A stretch of DNA of 64,000 nt from Arenicellales bacterium (lineage in GTDB: Bacteria > Pseudomonadota > Gammaproteobacteria > Arenicellales > Poriferihabitantaceae): assembly GCA_963457535.1 (NCBI GenBank), contig OY734803.1, positions 489,398 through 553,397 on the forward strand, read 5' to 3'. Below the pieces are notes generated by a model. It saw only the letters and a program-made list of their open reading frames with translations, ran no database searches and was not told where the DNA came from. Below, piece by piece: positions 41,509 through 51,897 of the stretch (position 1 is the stretch's first letter; each line of letters opens with the position of its first letter). The translations under genes and the position numbers were made by a program.

Positions 41509-42624
41509 ATGACTTCCACGGAACTGCGACACACCCCGCTGCACGCGCTGCACCTTGAGCACGGCGCGAAAATCACGCCTTTCGCCGGCTACGCGATGCC
41601 GCTGCATTACGGCGGCATCATCGGCGAGCATTTGCATGCGCGCAAGGCGGCCGGCCTGTTTGATGTGTCGCACATGGGCGTGATTGATGTCGCCGGCGGC
41701 GGCGCGGCGCGCGCGCTGGAGGCGCTGATGCCGGCCGACATCGTCTCGCTGCCGCGCGGCCGCCAGCGTTACACGCTGCTGACCAATGCGCGCGGCGGAA
41801 TCATTGACGACCTGATGGTGCAAAACCTCGGCGAACATTTTCGGCTGGTGGTCAATGCGGCATGCAAAACCCGCGACGCCGAGCACCTACGCGCGCACTT
41901 AAACGGCTGCACGGTCGACGCCCCCGAAGACGGCGCGCTGCTCGCGCTGCAGGGACCGGCCGCGGCCGCGGCGCTTTCCGAAACCCTCGGCGGCGGCGAT
42001 TTGTCGGACATGAAATTCATGGACGCGCGCGCGTTGCGCTTGGACGGCATTGACTGCACGGTCGCGCGCAGCGGCTACACCGGCGAAGACGGCTTTGAAG
42101 TGTCGTTGCCGGCGGCGCGCGCCGAACAACTGGCGCGGCGGCTGCTGGCGAATCCGCAAGTTCGCCTCGCCGGCCTCGGCGCGCGCGACTCGCTGCGCAT
42201 GGAAGCCGGGCTGCGCCTCCACGGCAGCGACATCGGCGAGGCGACCACGCCGGTGGAAGCCGGACTCGGCTGGGCGGTGGCGAAAGCGCGGCGCAGCGGC
42301 GGCGCGCGCGCCGGTGGCTTTCCCGGCGCCGATGTCATACTGCGGCAACTTTCCGGCGGCGCCGCGCGGCGGCTGGTCGGCCTGATTCCGCGCGGACGCG
42401 CGCCGGTGCGCGCCGGCGCCGCATTGCTCGGCGCGAACGACGCGGCGGTCGGCGAAGTGACCAGCGGCGGTTTCGGGCCGAGCGTTTCGCATCCGATCAG
42501 CCTCGGTTACGCGCAGTCCGAACACGCCGCGCCCGGCGCCGAGTTGCGCGCACCGGTGCGCGGCCGGGAACTTCCGCTGACGGTGGCCGCGCTGCCGTTT
42601 GTGCGCCATAATTTTTACCGCTGA
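41509..42624 (+). CDS. gcvT: glycine cleavage system T protein (aminomethyltransferase)
   Basis: ATG 41509. LHALHLEHGAKITPFAGYAMPLHY, AGLFDVSHMG, RSGYTGEDGFEVS. 371 aa. Confidence 0.92.
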   Translation: MTSTELRHTPLHALHLEHGAKITPFAGYAMPLHYGGIIGEHLHARKAAGLFDVSHMGVIDVAGGGAARALEALMPADIVSLPRGRQRYTLLTNARGGIIDDLMVQNLGEHFRLVVNAACKTRDAEHLRAHLNGCTVDAPEDGALLALQGPAAAAALSETLGGGDLSDMKFMDARALRLDGIDCTVARSGYTGEDGFEVSLPAARAEQLARRLLANPQVRLAGLGARDSLRMEAGLRLHGSDIGEATTPVEAGLGWAVAKARRSGGARAGGFPGADVILRQLSGGAARRLVGLIPRGRAPVRAGAALLGANDAAVGEVTSGGFGPSVSHPISLGYAQSEHAAPGAELRAPVRGRELPLTVAALPFVRHNFYR

Positions 42625-42660
42625 TTTTTTCCCAACTCCCTTCTCCGACGCGAGGAAACC

Positions 42661-43035
42661 ATGAGCACAAAATACACCGAAGATCACGAATGGGTGCGCG
42701 AACAGGACGGCGTCTATGCCGTCGGCATCACCGACTACGCGCAGGAGCAACTCGGCGAAATCGTCTATGTGGAACTGCCCGAGGCCGGCCGCGAAGTCAC
42801 GCGCGGAGAGGACGCCGCGGTGGTGGAATCGGTCAAAGCCGCGAGCGAAGTCAAATCGCCGCTGAGCGGCGGCGTGGTGGAAGCCAACGCGAAACTCGCC
42901 GACTCGCCCGAACTGGTCAACGCCGAGCCGGAAAGCGGCGGCTGGTTTTACACGATGCGCGCCTCCGACGCGTCCGAACTGGAAAAGTTGATGGACGCGG
43001 ACGCCTACAAAAAATTCGTGCAGTCGCTGGCATGA
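42661..43035 (+). CDS. gcvH: glycine cleavage system H protein
   Basis: 124 aa. YTEDHEWV and the lipoyl-lysine motif VESVKAASEV. Confidence 0.95.
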   Translation: MSTKYTEDHEWVREQDGVYAVGITDYAQEQLGEIVYVELPEAGREVTRGEDAAVVESVKAASEVKSPLSGGVVEANAKLADSPELVNAEPESGGWFYTMRASDASELEKLMDADAYKKFVQSLA

Positions 43036-43077
43036 CCATTACCATGGCGATGCGCGCGCGGCCGCGGGAGGCGCGTC

Positions 43078-45939
43078 ATGCCGCGCGCTGACGACTTCAC
43101 CGTCCGCCACATCGGCTCCAACCCGGAGCAGGTTGCGGCGATGCTGGACGAACTCGGCCTGGACTCGCTCGACGAACTCATCCAACAGACCGTGCCGGAG
43201 TCCATTCAAAGCGCGCACCGTTTCAAACTGCCCGAAGCGCTGGATGAAAACCGCCTGAACAAACTCAGCCGACTGGTCGCCGCCGACAACCGCGCGGCGA
43301 TTTCCATGATCGGGCTCGGCTATTACGGCACGGTGACGCCGCCGGTGATTCGCCGCAATGTGATGGAAAACCCGGACTGGTACACCGCCTACACGCCCTA
43401 CCAGCCGGAAGTCAGCCAGGCGCGGCTGGAGGTGCTGCTGTCGTTTCAGCAGATGATCATGGACCTGACCGGCATGGAAATCGCCAACGCCTCGCTGCTG
43501 GACGAGGCGACCGCCGCGGCCGAGGCGATGATGATGGCGCGGCGCGTCGGAAAAAATCCCTCCAAGCGGTTTTTGATCGACCGCAACTGCCTGCCGCAGA
43601 CCATTGCGGTGATGCAAACGCGCGCCGCGCCGATGGGCATGGAAGCGGTGGTCGCGGATTTGCACGGGGAAAATGAAATTGACGACTGCTTCGGCGCGCT
43701 GGTGCAGTATCCGGACGCGGCCGGCGAAATCCGCGACTACCGCGCGCTCGCCGAGTCGCTGCGCGCGCGCGACTCGCTGCTGGTGGCCGCGGCCGACCCG
43801 TTGGCGTTGACGCTGCTGGCGCCGCCGGGCGAATGGGGCGCCGACATCGTTGTCGGCAGCACGCAGCGCTTCGGCGTGCCGATGGGTTTCGGCGGGCCGC
43901 ACGCCGCCTACTTCGCCACGCGCGCGGCATACAAGCGCAGCATGCCGGGGCGGCTGATAGGCGTTTCGGTGGACGCCGACGGCCGGCGCGCCTACCGCAT
44001 GGCGCTGCAGACGCGCGAGCAGCACATTCGCCGCGACAAAGCCACCAGCAACATCTGCACCGCGCAGGTGCTGCTCGCGGTGATGGCGGTGTTTTACGCG
44101 CAGTATCACGGGCCCGAAGGACTGGCGCGCATCGCCAAGCGGGTCAACCGGCTGGCGCGCGCGCTCGCCGGCGAACTCGCGGAGGCCGGCTTTCCGGCCG
44201 CGCACAAACATTTTTTTGACACGCTGGTGGTGCGCGCGCCGGGGCGCGCCGCGCATCTGCGCGACAAGGCCGAGCAGGCGCGCTACAACCTGCGGCTGGT
44301 GGATGACGACCACCTCGGCATCAGTCTGGACGAGACCATCACGCCGGAGAAGGCCGCGGACTTGCTGCGGGTGTTCGCCGACTCCGCTTCGTCCGAGGCC
44401 GGCGAATCGCTCCTGCACAAGGATTTGCCCGAATCCATTCCGCCCGCGCTGGCGCGCAAGAGCGCGTTTTTGGAGCACCCGCATTTTCACCGCTACCGCT
44501 CCGAAACCGAGTTCATGCGCTACCTGCGCCGAACCGCGAACAAGGACATCACGCTGTCGCGCTCCATGATTCCGCTCGGCTCGTGCACGATGAAACTCAA
44601 CGCGGCGAGCGAGATGGAGCCGATTTCCAACCCGCTGTTCGCGCACATTCATCCGTTCGCGCCGGCCAAACACACGCGCGGCTACCACCGCATCATCAAC
44701 AAACTGGACGCGATGCTGTGCGAGTTGACCGGTTTTGCCGGGTTCAGTTTTCAGCCGAACGCCGGCTCGCAGGGCGAATACGCCGGGCTGCTGTGCATTC
44801 GCGCGCACCACCGCGCGCGCGAGCAGGCGCGCCGCGACATCTGCCTGATTCCGTCCTCGGCGCATGGCACCAACCCGGCGAGCGCGGTCATGGCCGGCAT
44901 GAAGGTGGTGGTGGTCGGCTGCGACGCCGGCGGCAACATTGATCTGAAAGAATTTGAAGCGAAAGCGCGCGAGCATTCCGAGCGCCTCGCGGCCGCGATG
45001 ATCACCTACCCGTCCACGCACGGCGTGTTTGAGCCGGGCATCCGCAAACTCTGCGACATCGTGCACGAGCACGGCGGGCAAATCTACATGGACGGCGCCA
45101 ACATGAACGCGATGGCCGGCATCTGCCGCCCGGCCGAAATCGGCGCCGATGTCATGCACCTGAACCTGCACAAAACCTTCGCCATCCCGCACGGCGGCGG
45201 CGGGCCCGGCATGGGGCCGATCGGCGTGGCGCGCCACCTGCTGCCCTATTTGCCCGACCACCCGCTGGTCAGTTGCAACCGCGGCGGCTCGGCGCCGCTC
45301 GGCACGGTGTCGGCCGCGCCGTGGGGCTCGCCGCTGATCCTGCCGATTTCGTGGGCCTACCTGCGCCTGCTCGGCGGCCACGGCATAAAGCGCTCCACGC
45401 GCGTCGCCATCCTGAACGCCAACTACATCGCGCACCGCCTGGATCCGCATTACCCGGTGGTCTACAAAGGCGCCAACGGCCGGGTCGCGCACGAATGCGT
45501 GGTCAGCCTGATGCCGGTGAAGGAGTCCTGCGGCGTCACCGTGGAGGACGTCGCAAAACGCCTGATTGATTACGGCTTTCACGCGCCGACCATGTCGTGG
45601 CCGGTGAACGAGTCGCTGATGATAGAGCCGACCGAGAGCGAATCAAAGGAGGAGATCGACCGCTTCTGCGGCGCGATGATTTCCATACGCGAGGAGATTC
45701 GCGAAATAGAAGAAGGCAAGGTCGCGCTCGCCGACAGTGTGCTGCGAAACGCCCCGCACAGTTACCGGCTGCTGGTCTCCGGCGAATGGAACCGCCCGTA
45801 TTCTCGCCAACGCGCATTTTTTCCCGCGCCCGAAACCGAGGCGAACAAATACTGGCCGCCGGTCGGGCGCGTGGACAATGTCTACGGCGACAAAAACCTG
45901 GTCTGCTCCTGCCCGCCGGTGTCCGACTACGCCGAGTAG
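43078..45939 (+). CDS. gcvP: glycine dehydrogenase (decarboxylating), single-chain P protein
   Basis: 953 aa. Collinear with GcvP (YTPYQPEVSQARLE, PLGSCTMKLNA, NLHKTFAIPHGGGGPG with the PLP lysine). Confidence 0.95.
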   Translation: MPRADDFTVRHIGSNPEQVAAMLDELGLDSLDELIQQTVPESIQSAHRFKLPEALDENRLNKLSRLVAADNRAAISMIGLGYYGTVTPPVIRRNVMENPDWYTAYTPYQPEVSQARLEVLLSFQQMIMDLTGMEIANASLLDEATAAAEAMMMARRVGKNPSKRFLIDRNCLPQTIAVMQTRAAPMGMEAVVADLHGENEIDDCFGALVQYPDAAGEIRDYRALAESLRARDSLLVAAADPLALTLLAPPGEWGADIVVGSTQRFGVPMGFGGPHAAYFATRAAYKRSMPGRLIGVSVDADGRRAYRMALQTREQHIRRDKATSNICTAQVLLAVMAVFYAQYHGPEGLARIAKRVNRLARALAGELAEAGFPAAHKHFFDTLVVRAPGRAAHLRDKAEQARYNLRLVDDDHLGISLDETITPEKAADLLRVFADSASSEAGESLLHKDLPESIPPALARKSAFLEHPHFHRYRSETEFMRYLRRTANKDITLSRSMIPLGSCTMKLNAASEMEPISNPLFAHIHPFAPAKHTRGYHRIINKLDAMLCELTGFAGFSFQPNAGSQGEYAGLLCIRAHHRAREQARRDICLIPSSAHGTNPASAVMAGMKVVVVGCDAGGNIDLKEFEAKAREHSERLAAAMITYPSTHGVFEPGIRKLCDIVHEHGGQIYMDGANMNAMAGICRPAEIGADVMHLNLHKTFAIPHGGGGPGMGPIGVARHLLPYLPDHPLVSCNRGGSAPLGTVSAAPWGSPLILPISWAYLRLLGGHGIKRSTRVAILNANYIAHRLDPHYPVVYKGANGRVAHECVVSLMPVKESCGVTVEDVAKRLIDYGFHAPTMSWPVNESLMIEPTESESKEEIDRFCGAMISIREEIREIEEGKVALADSVLRNAPHSYRLLVSGEWNRPYSRQRAFFPAPETEANKYWPPVGRVDNVYGDKNLVCSCPPVSDYAE

Positions 45940-45969
45940 CGAAAGTTCCGGCAGAAATATTCCGCGCTT

Positions 45970-46464
45970 CTACGGAGTATGTTTGGGGAACAATCGCTCG
46001 TCCCATTTCACGCGCGTTTTGCGGCCGGGTTTGATGCGCGGAAAATCAGGATGTTTTGCGTTGATCACAATATTGCGCTCCACAGGCGCAACCACCGACG
46101 GCACAAACAACACCGCGCTGCGCTTTCCGGCATACCACGCATGGCCAAATTCGCGCGCCACAACACAATCAGGGTTATTCCAACCTTTTAATTTTTTGGC
46201 GTCCGCGGCTTCAAAACTAACGCCCGAGGGAATCGTAATCTTGATGAAAAATTGCTTCGGGGGAGTAACGCCGTTCAAGTAGGCAAGTTTCTCCAGCATT
46301 GCCGTTGCGTAGCGCTCCGACGCATAAATCACCGCGTCTCCGCGCTCGTTCCAGCGCCCCGGATTTTTCGCCGCGCCTTGCGCGCTGTAAGTCGGATGAA
46401 TATCCGCAGGGTCACCCAAGCGGTAGGCGATAAGCGGCCTGGTTAACCGCGATGCCTGCGTCAC
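45970..46464 (-). CDS. RES-domain toxin
   Basis: 164 aa. R-E-S signature in typical context (PGRWNERGDAVIYASERYATAMLE ... LFVPSVVAPVERNIVIN). Its ATG overlaps the upstream antitoxin stop by 4 nt (ATGA). Confidence 0.8.
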   Translation of the reverse strand: MTQASRLTRPLIAYRLGDPADIHPTYSAQGAAKNPGRWNERGDAVIYASERYATAMLEKLAYLNGVTPPKQFFIKITIPSGVSFEAADAKKLKGWNNPDCVVAREFGHAWYAGKRSAVLFVPSVVAPVERNIVINAKHPDFPRIKPGRKTRVKWDERLFPKHTP

Positions 46465-46931
46465 ACCGCAACGCCGGCGCGCGCGCGGCGCAACAGGCTG
46501 ATCACGGCATCGGCTCCGGCCGCGCCGGAACGCACCATATCAAAAGGCGTCTCCCCGTCCAGCCGCGGATGCGGCCGAGCGAGAAACTGCTGCACTTTAT
46601 GCGCATCGCCGCTGTAGATGAGTCCGAGCATGTCGGTCACCTGCGCCAGTTTGTAAATCCGGTCGCTGTATTTTTTGGGAAGCAACTTCTTGTTTTTTGC
46701 ATGCTTGCGCCAGGTGTCCTTGGGTATCACATGCGGAACGATGCTTTCCCCGTAGACGCCGGCGAAATTGTCCATCGCGCCGACCGGCACGCCTTCGGCG
46801 ATCTTGAACGCCAGCGCCGTTTTGCTGTATTTTTTCCGCGCAGAAAGCGCCAGCAACGCGGCGATGCGCGCCGCCTCGCTTTTTGAGCGGCTGTCGGGAT
46901 CGGTGTAGCGTTTGAGCGGCTGGGTTTTCAT
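46461..46931 (-). CDS. Xre-like / DUF2384 antitoxin of the RES toxin
   Basis: ATG 46931 with AGGAG 9 nt upstream. C-terminal toxin-binding motif typical of DUF2384 (FLARPHPRLDGETPFDMVRSGAAGADAVISLLRR). 156 aa. The track ORF is over-extended to 47129. Confidence 0.75.
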   Translation of the reverse strand: MKTQPLKRYTDPDSRSKSEAARIAALLALSARKKYSKTALAFKIAEGVPVGAMDNFAGVYGESIVPHVIPKDTWRKHAKNKKLLPKKYSDRIYKLAQVTDMLGLIYSGDAHKVQQFLARPHPRLDGETPFDMVRSGAAGADAVISLLRRARAGVAV

Positions 46932-46998
46932 CGGGGCATTCTCCTGCGGCAAGCGCATGTAGTCATGCATGCTACCATACCACATACAGGCAATCCCC

Positions 46999-47985
46999 AT
47001 GAGCGCACCCACCCCCTCCCCCCGCCGGGCGAAACCAATCGTCCGCGGCGAAAAACTTCGCGGCGCGGAAAAGACTGCGCGCATTCCGGTCAAAGTGGTC
47101 GCGCAGCCGCGCGCGCAGCGGCTGCGCAAGCCGAAATGGATTCGCGCGAGTTACACCGGCCGCCCCGAAGTCGCCGGGCTGAAGCGCGTATTGCGCGCGC
47201 GCGGCCTGCACACTATCTGCGAGGAAGCGGCCTGCCCGAACCTCGGCGAATGCTTCAGCCGCGGCACCGCGACCTTTCTCATCCTCGGCGACATCTGCAC
47301 GCGCCGCTGCCCGTTTTGCGATGTCGCCCACGGCCGGCCGAATCCGCCGGACGAAAACGAGCCGCGCCGCCTCGCCGAAACCGTGGCGCAAATGAAACTG
47401 CGCTATGTGGTGGTCACCTCGGTGGACCGCGACGACTTGCGCGACGGCGGCGCCGCGCAGTTCGCGGCATGCGTTCGCGAATTGCGCGAACATTGCGCCG
47501 GCATCCGCATTGAAATTCTCACCCCGGATTTTCGCGGGCGCATGGAAGCCGCGCTCGCGGCGCTGCGCGAAGCGCCGGCCGATGTGTTCAACCACAACCT
47601 GGAAACGGTGCCGCGCCTCTACCGAAGCGCGCGCCCGGGCGCCGACTACGCGCATTCGCTGGAATTGCTGCGGCAATGCAAGCAGCGCATGCCGAATGTT
47701 CCGACCAAGTCCGGGCTGATGCTCGGCCTCGGCGAGCGGCGCGAGGAAGTCATGGAAGTGATGCGCGATTTGCGCGCGCACGAAGTGGACATGCTGACCA
47801 TCGGCCAGTATCTGCAGCCGAGCGCGCACCACCTCGCGGTGGAGCGCTACTGGACGCCGGAAGAATTCGCCGAACTGGGCGCGATCGGCGAGTCGCTCGG
47901 CTTTGTCAATGTCGCCTCGGCGCCGATGGTGCGCTCGTCTTATCACGCCGATTTGCAGGCGGAGGAAACGGCGCAACCGGAATAA
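46999..47985 (+). CDS. lipA: lipoyl synthase
   Basis: ATG 46999. Cluster motifs [12 protein letters not shown] and radical-SAM [27 protein letters not shown]-terminal VRSSYHAD. Confidence 0.92.
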   Translation: MSAPTPSPRRAKPIVRGEKLRGAEKTARIPVKVVAQPRAQRLRKPKWIRASYTGRPEVAGLKRVLRARGLHTICEEAACPNLGECFSRGTATFLILGDICTRRCPFCDVAHGRPNPPDENEPRRLAETVAQMKLRYVVVTSVDRDDLRDGGAAQFAACVRELREHCAGIRIEILTPDFRGRMEAALAALREAPADVFNHNLETVPRLYRSARPGADYAHSLELLRQCKQRMPNVPTKSGLMLGLGERREEVMEVMRDLRAHEVDMLTIGQYLQPSAHHLAVERYWTPEEFAELGAIGESLGFVNVASAPMVRSSYHADLQAEETAQPE

Positions 47986-48000
47986 TCAGCCGGCGCATAT

Positions 48001-51000
48001 TCAACCGGCGTAGGCGCGCGCGTTTTGGAACAGCCGAATCCACGGCGCGTATTCCCCCCAGTCATCGCTTCCCGACGGCCGCCACGAATTGCACACCGCG
48101 CGCAGCACGCGCTCCGGGTGCGGCATCATGATGGTAAAGCGGCCGTCGTCGTTGGTGAAGCCGGTCGCGCCGCCGGGCGAGCCGTTCGGGTTTGCCGGAT
48201 AGGATTCGGCCGGCGCGCCGTGGTTGTCCACGAACCGCAGGCAAATATTCGCCGCGTCTTTTTTGCCGCTCCACTCGGCGCGCCCCTCGCCGTGCGCGCT
48301 CGCCACCGGCAGCATCGCGCCGCGCATTCCGCGCAATAGCACCGAGCGCTCGGAAGTGATTTCCACCATCAATGTGCGCGCCTCAAAGCGCCCCGAAAGG
48401 TTGCGCGCAAAACTCGGCCAGTGCGCGGCGCCCGGCACCAATTCCTTCAGCGCGGCCATCATCTGGCAGCCGTTGCAAACACCGAGCGCAAAAGTGTCGC
48501 CGCGCGCAAAAAACGCGGCGAACATGTCGCGCAGCCGCGCGCTGTGCAAAATGGATTTCGCCCAGCCGCCGCCGGCGCCGAGCACATCGCCGAAAGAAAA
48601 ACCGCCGCAGGCCGCGAAGCCGCAATAGTTGGCGAGCGAATCGCCACTCGCCAAGTCGCTCATCGCGACATCCACCGCTTCAAACCCGGCGCAGTCAAAC
48701 GCGGCCGCCATTTCCAATTGCCCGTTGACGCCCTGCTCGCGCAGGATGGCGATCTTCGGGCGGTGATGCAGCAAGGCCGGCGCCGGCCCCGGTGATGCGC
48801 GGTGATCAAAAGTAACGCGCGAAAACAGCCCGGGGTCGGCCTCGTCGGAAATGCGCGCGTATTCCCGCGCCGCGCAGTCTGGATCGTCGCGCAGCGACTG
48901 CATGCGCCAGCCGGTCTCCGACCATGCGCGGTGCAGTTCGGCGCGCGCGGCCTGCATCCACACCGCGCCGCCGGCGCCGATGACGATGTCGCCGCCGCCG
49001 GTGGCGCGCCCGATACGGCGCGCGCAGGCGCGCAGGCGGTGCCGGCGAAATTCCGCTTCCACCAATTTGCGCTGCGAGGCGCGCGTTTGCAGCACCGCGC
49101 CCAACTCCTCGTTGAACAGCACGGCCGGCGGCGAACCCGGCACACCGCCCAAATCCAATTCCAATCCGCAGCGCGCGGCGAAAGCCATCTCGCATGCGCA
49201 TGCCAGCAGGCCGCCGTCGGAGCGGTCGTGGTAGGCGAGCAGCAGGCCGCGGCGGCTAAGCGCCTGCACGCAATTGAAAAAGTTCCGCAGCCATGTCGCG
49301 CCGTCGGCGCCGACATCCGGCGGCGCCTCGCCCAACTGCGCGAACACCTGCGCCAGCGCCGAGCCGCCGAGGCGGTTTTTGCCGCGCCCGAGGTCCAGCA
49401 GCCACAACTCGTTGTCGTCGTCGCGCGCCAACTCCGGCGTCAGCGTCGCGCCGATGTCCTCCACTTTTGCAAACGCGGTGACCACCGCGGTCGGCGGCGC
49501 GACCGCCTTGCGCGCGCGACCGCCGGCGCGCCAGGCGACGCGCATGGACAGCGAATCTTTTCCCACCGGAATGGAAACGCCGAGTTGCATGCACATGCGC
49601 GAGAGCGCGCGCACCGCGCGGTAGAGCGACGCGTCCTGGCCGCGCTCGCCGGCCGCGGCCATCCAATTCGCCGAAAACTTGATGTCGCCGAGGTCGCCGA
49701 TGCGCGCGCAGGCGATGTTGGTCAGCGCCTCGCCGGCCGCCATGCGCGCGCCCGCGGCCGCGTCCAACAGCGCGAGCGGCGCGCGTTCGCCGAGCGCAAT
49801 CGCCTCGCCGGTGCGCGCGCGGTGGCCGCTTGCGGTTACGCCGGCGTCTGCCACCGGCACCTGCCAGCGCCCGACCATCTGCTCGCGCGCGACCAGCCCG
49901 GTCACGCTGCGGTCGCAAATGGTCACCAGAAAACTTTTGTCGGCGACCGTCGGAAAACCCAGCACCAATTTCGCCGCGCGCAACAGCGGCGTGCGGCGGA
50001 CGCGCAGCGGTTTGCGCGCGACGATTTCCGGCGACGATGCCTCGCGCCGCGCCGGGGGCGGCGCGCCGAACAGCATTTGCATCGGCAGATTTACCGGCGC
50101 CGCCGCCGCGCCGCGGTCGCGCGCCACCAATTGCTGCGCTTTGGTGGCGCGCCCGACGCGCGCCGCCGGGCAGCGCTCGCGCCTGCAGATTTTTTCAAAC
50201 TCGTCCCAGCGCGCCGGCGCAAGCGCGAGCACATACCGCTCCTGCGCTTCGTTGCACCACAATTGCAGCGGCGTCATGCCCGGCTCGGCGCTCGGCACAT
50301 CGCGCAACTCAAACACGCCGCCGCGGCCGCCGTCGCGCGCCAATTCCGGCAGTGCGTTGCTGAGCCCGCCGGCGCCGACATCGTGAATGGACAAAATCGG
50401 ATTGTCCGCGCCGAGCGCGATGCACGCGTCAATGACTTCTTGGCAACGCCGCTGCATCTCGGCGTTGGCGCGCTGCACCGAGGCGAAATCCAGAGATTCA
50501 AGATTTCGCCCGGATTCCAGACTGGAGGCCGCTCCGCCGCCGAGTCCTATCAGCATCGCCGGCCCGCCGAGCGCCACCAGCGCGGCGCCGTCCGGAATTT
50601 TGCGCTTGCGCAGGTGCTGCGGGCGGATGCCGCCGACGCCGCCGGCCAGCATGACCGGCTTGTGATAAGCGAACAACTCGCGGCCATGCGCCTGTTCAAA
50701 GGTGCGGAAGTAACCGGCGATGCACGGGCGGCCGAACTCGTTGCTGAACGCGGCCGCGCCTAACGGCGCCTCCAGCATGATGCGAAGCGGCGAAGCGATG
50801 CGCGCCGGGCGGCTTTCGCGCCCCTCCCACGGCCGCCGCATGCGCGGCACGCGCAGATGCGAGACCGCGTAGCCGACCACGCCGGCTTTCGGTTTGCCGC
50901 CGCGCCCGGCGGCCGCGGCGTCGCGAATTTCGCCGCCGGCGCCGGTGGCCGCGCCGGGATGCGGCGAGATCGCGGTCGGGTGGTTGTGCGTCTCCACTTT

Positions 51001-51873
51001 CGCGGTGAAGTGCGCGGCCTCGCGGCGGTATGCATACGCGCGCGCCGCGTTCGGCTGCAGGCGCTCGGCGGTGAAGCCGGCGAGCACCGCGGCGTTGTCG
51101 TCGTATGCGACCAGGGTGCCGCGGCCGTGCATGCGCTCGGTCGCGCGAATCATGGCGAACAGCGAATGCGGCATCGCGCGCCCGCCGATGCGCCAGCCGG
51201 CGTTGAAAATTTTGTGGCGGCAGTGCTCGGAGTTCACCTGCGCGAACATCATCAACTCCACATCGGTCGGGTTGCGCCCGAGTCGCGCGAATTGCTCCAG
51301 TAAATAGCGCCGCTCGGCGTGGTTGAGCGCCAGCCCGAATTGCGCGTCGGCGGCCTCCAATGCGGCCAATCCGCCGCCGAGCAAATCTATCACCGCCGGC
51401 GGCGACGGCCGCGCGCGCCGAAACAATGCGGCCGCGTCGCGCCGCGCGCCGAGCACGCTCTCGATCATCGGATCGTGAATCAGCGAATCAATTCCCGCGG
51501 TATTCACCACGGCGGCGTCCGCCTTCGCGCGGAATGTCAATTGCCACTCAACACCGCGCTCCACCCGCGCGACCGCGCGCAGCCCGCAGCGATGCAGTAT
51601 GTCGGTCGCCTTGCTCGACCACGCGGAAATCGTGCCGAGGCGCGGCGTGACGACACGCGTTACTTTGGGTGTTGCTTTCGCCGCGCCGCGCGACGGCGCA
51701 TTCCCATACCGCAACAACTCGCGCAACACCGCATGCTGCGACTCGTCCAACTCGCCTTCCACTTCGGCGAAATGCAAAAAGCGCGCGGCCACCGTGACGC
51801 AACCGCGCGCGCGCCGCAAAATTTCCGCCGCGCGCCGCGCGGACAGCGCGTCTCCGCCCGGGATGATCAGCAT
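48001..51873 (-). CDS. purL: phosphoribosylformylglycinamidine synthase (large single-chain)
   Basis: 1290 aa. FGAM synthase core plus a C-terminal glutaminase domain (GVCNGCQMM, MMPHPER). Confidence 0.95.
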   Translation of the reverse strand: MLIIPGGDALSARRAAEILRRARGCVTVAARFLHFAEVEGELDESQHAVLRELLRYGNAPSRGAAKATPKVTRVVTPRLGTISAWSSKATDILHRCGLRAVARVERGVEWQLTFRAKADAAVVNTAGIDSLIHDPMIESVLGARRDAAALFRRARPSPPAVIDLLGGGLAALEAADAQFGLALNHAERRYLLEQFARLGRNPTDVELMMFAQVNSEHCRHKIFNAGWRIGGRAMPHSLFAMIRATERMHGRGTLVAYDDNAAVLAGFTAERLQPNAARAYAYRREAAHFTAKVETHNHPTAISPHPGAATGAGGEIRDAAAAGRGGKPKAGVVGYAVSHLRVPRMRRPWEGRESRPARIASPLRIMLEAPLGAAAFSNEFGRPCIAGYFRTFEQAHGRELFAYHKPVMLAGGVGGIRPQHLRKRKIPDGAALVALGGPAMLIGLGGGAASSLESGRNLESLDFASVQRANAEMQRRCQEVIDACIALGADNPILSIHDVGAGGLSNALPELARDGGRGGVFELRDVPSAEPGMTPLQLWCNEAQERYVLALAPARWDEFEKICRRERCPAARVGRATKAQQLVARDRGAAAAPVNLPMQMLFGAPPPARREASSPEIVARKPLRVRRTPLLRAAKLVLGFPTVADKSFLVTICDRSVTGLVAREQMVGRWQVPVADAGVTASGHRARTGEAIALGERAPLALLDAAAGARMAAGEALTNIACARIGDLGDIKFSANWMAAAGERGQDASLYRAVRALSRMCMQLGVSIPVGKDSLSMRVAWRAGGRARKAVAPPTAVVTAFAKVEDIGATLTPELARDDDNELWLLDLGRGKNRLGGSALAQVFAQLGEAPPDVGADGATWLRNFFNCVQALSRRGLLLAYHDRSDGGLLACACEMAFAARCGLELDLGGVPGSPPAVLFNEELGAVLQTRASQRKLVEAEFRRHRLRACARRIGRATGGGDIVIGAGGAVWMQAARAELHRAWSETGWRMQSLRDDPDCAAREYARISDEADPGLFSRVTFDHRASPGPAPALLHHRPKIAILREQGVNGQLEMAAAFDCAGFEAVDVAMSDLASGDSLANYCGFAACGGFSFGDVLGAGGGWAKSILHSARLRDMFAAFFARGDTFALGVCNGCQMMAALKELVPGAAHWPSFARNLSGRFEARTLMVEITSERSVLLRGMRGAMLPVASAHGEGRAEWSGKKDAANICLRFVDNHGAPAESYPANPNGSPGGATGFTNDDGRFTIMMPHPERVLRAVCNSWRPSGSDDWGEYAPWIRLFQNARAYAG

Positions 51874-51897
51874 GTTTGCCCGGGCGGCGGCGCCCGG

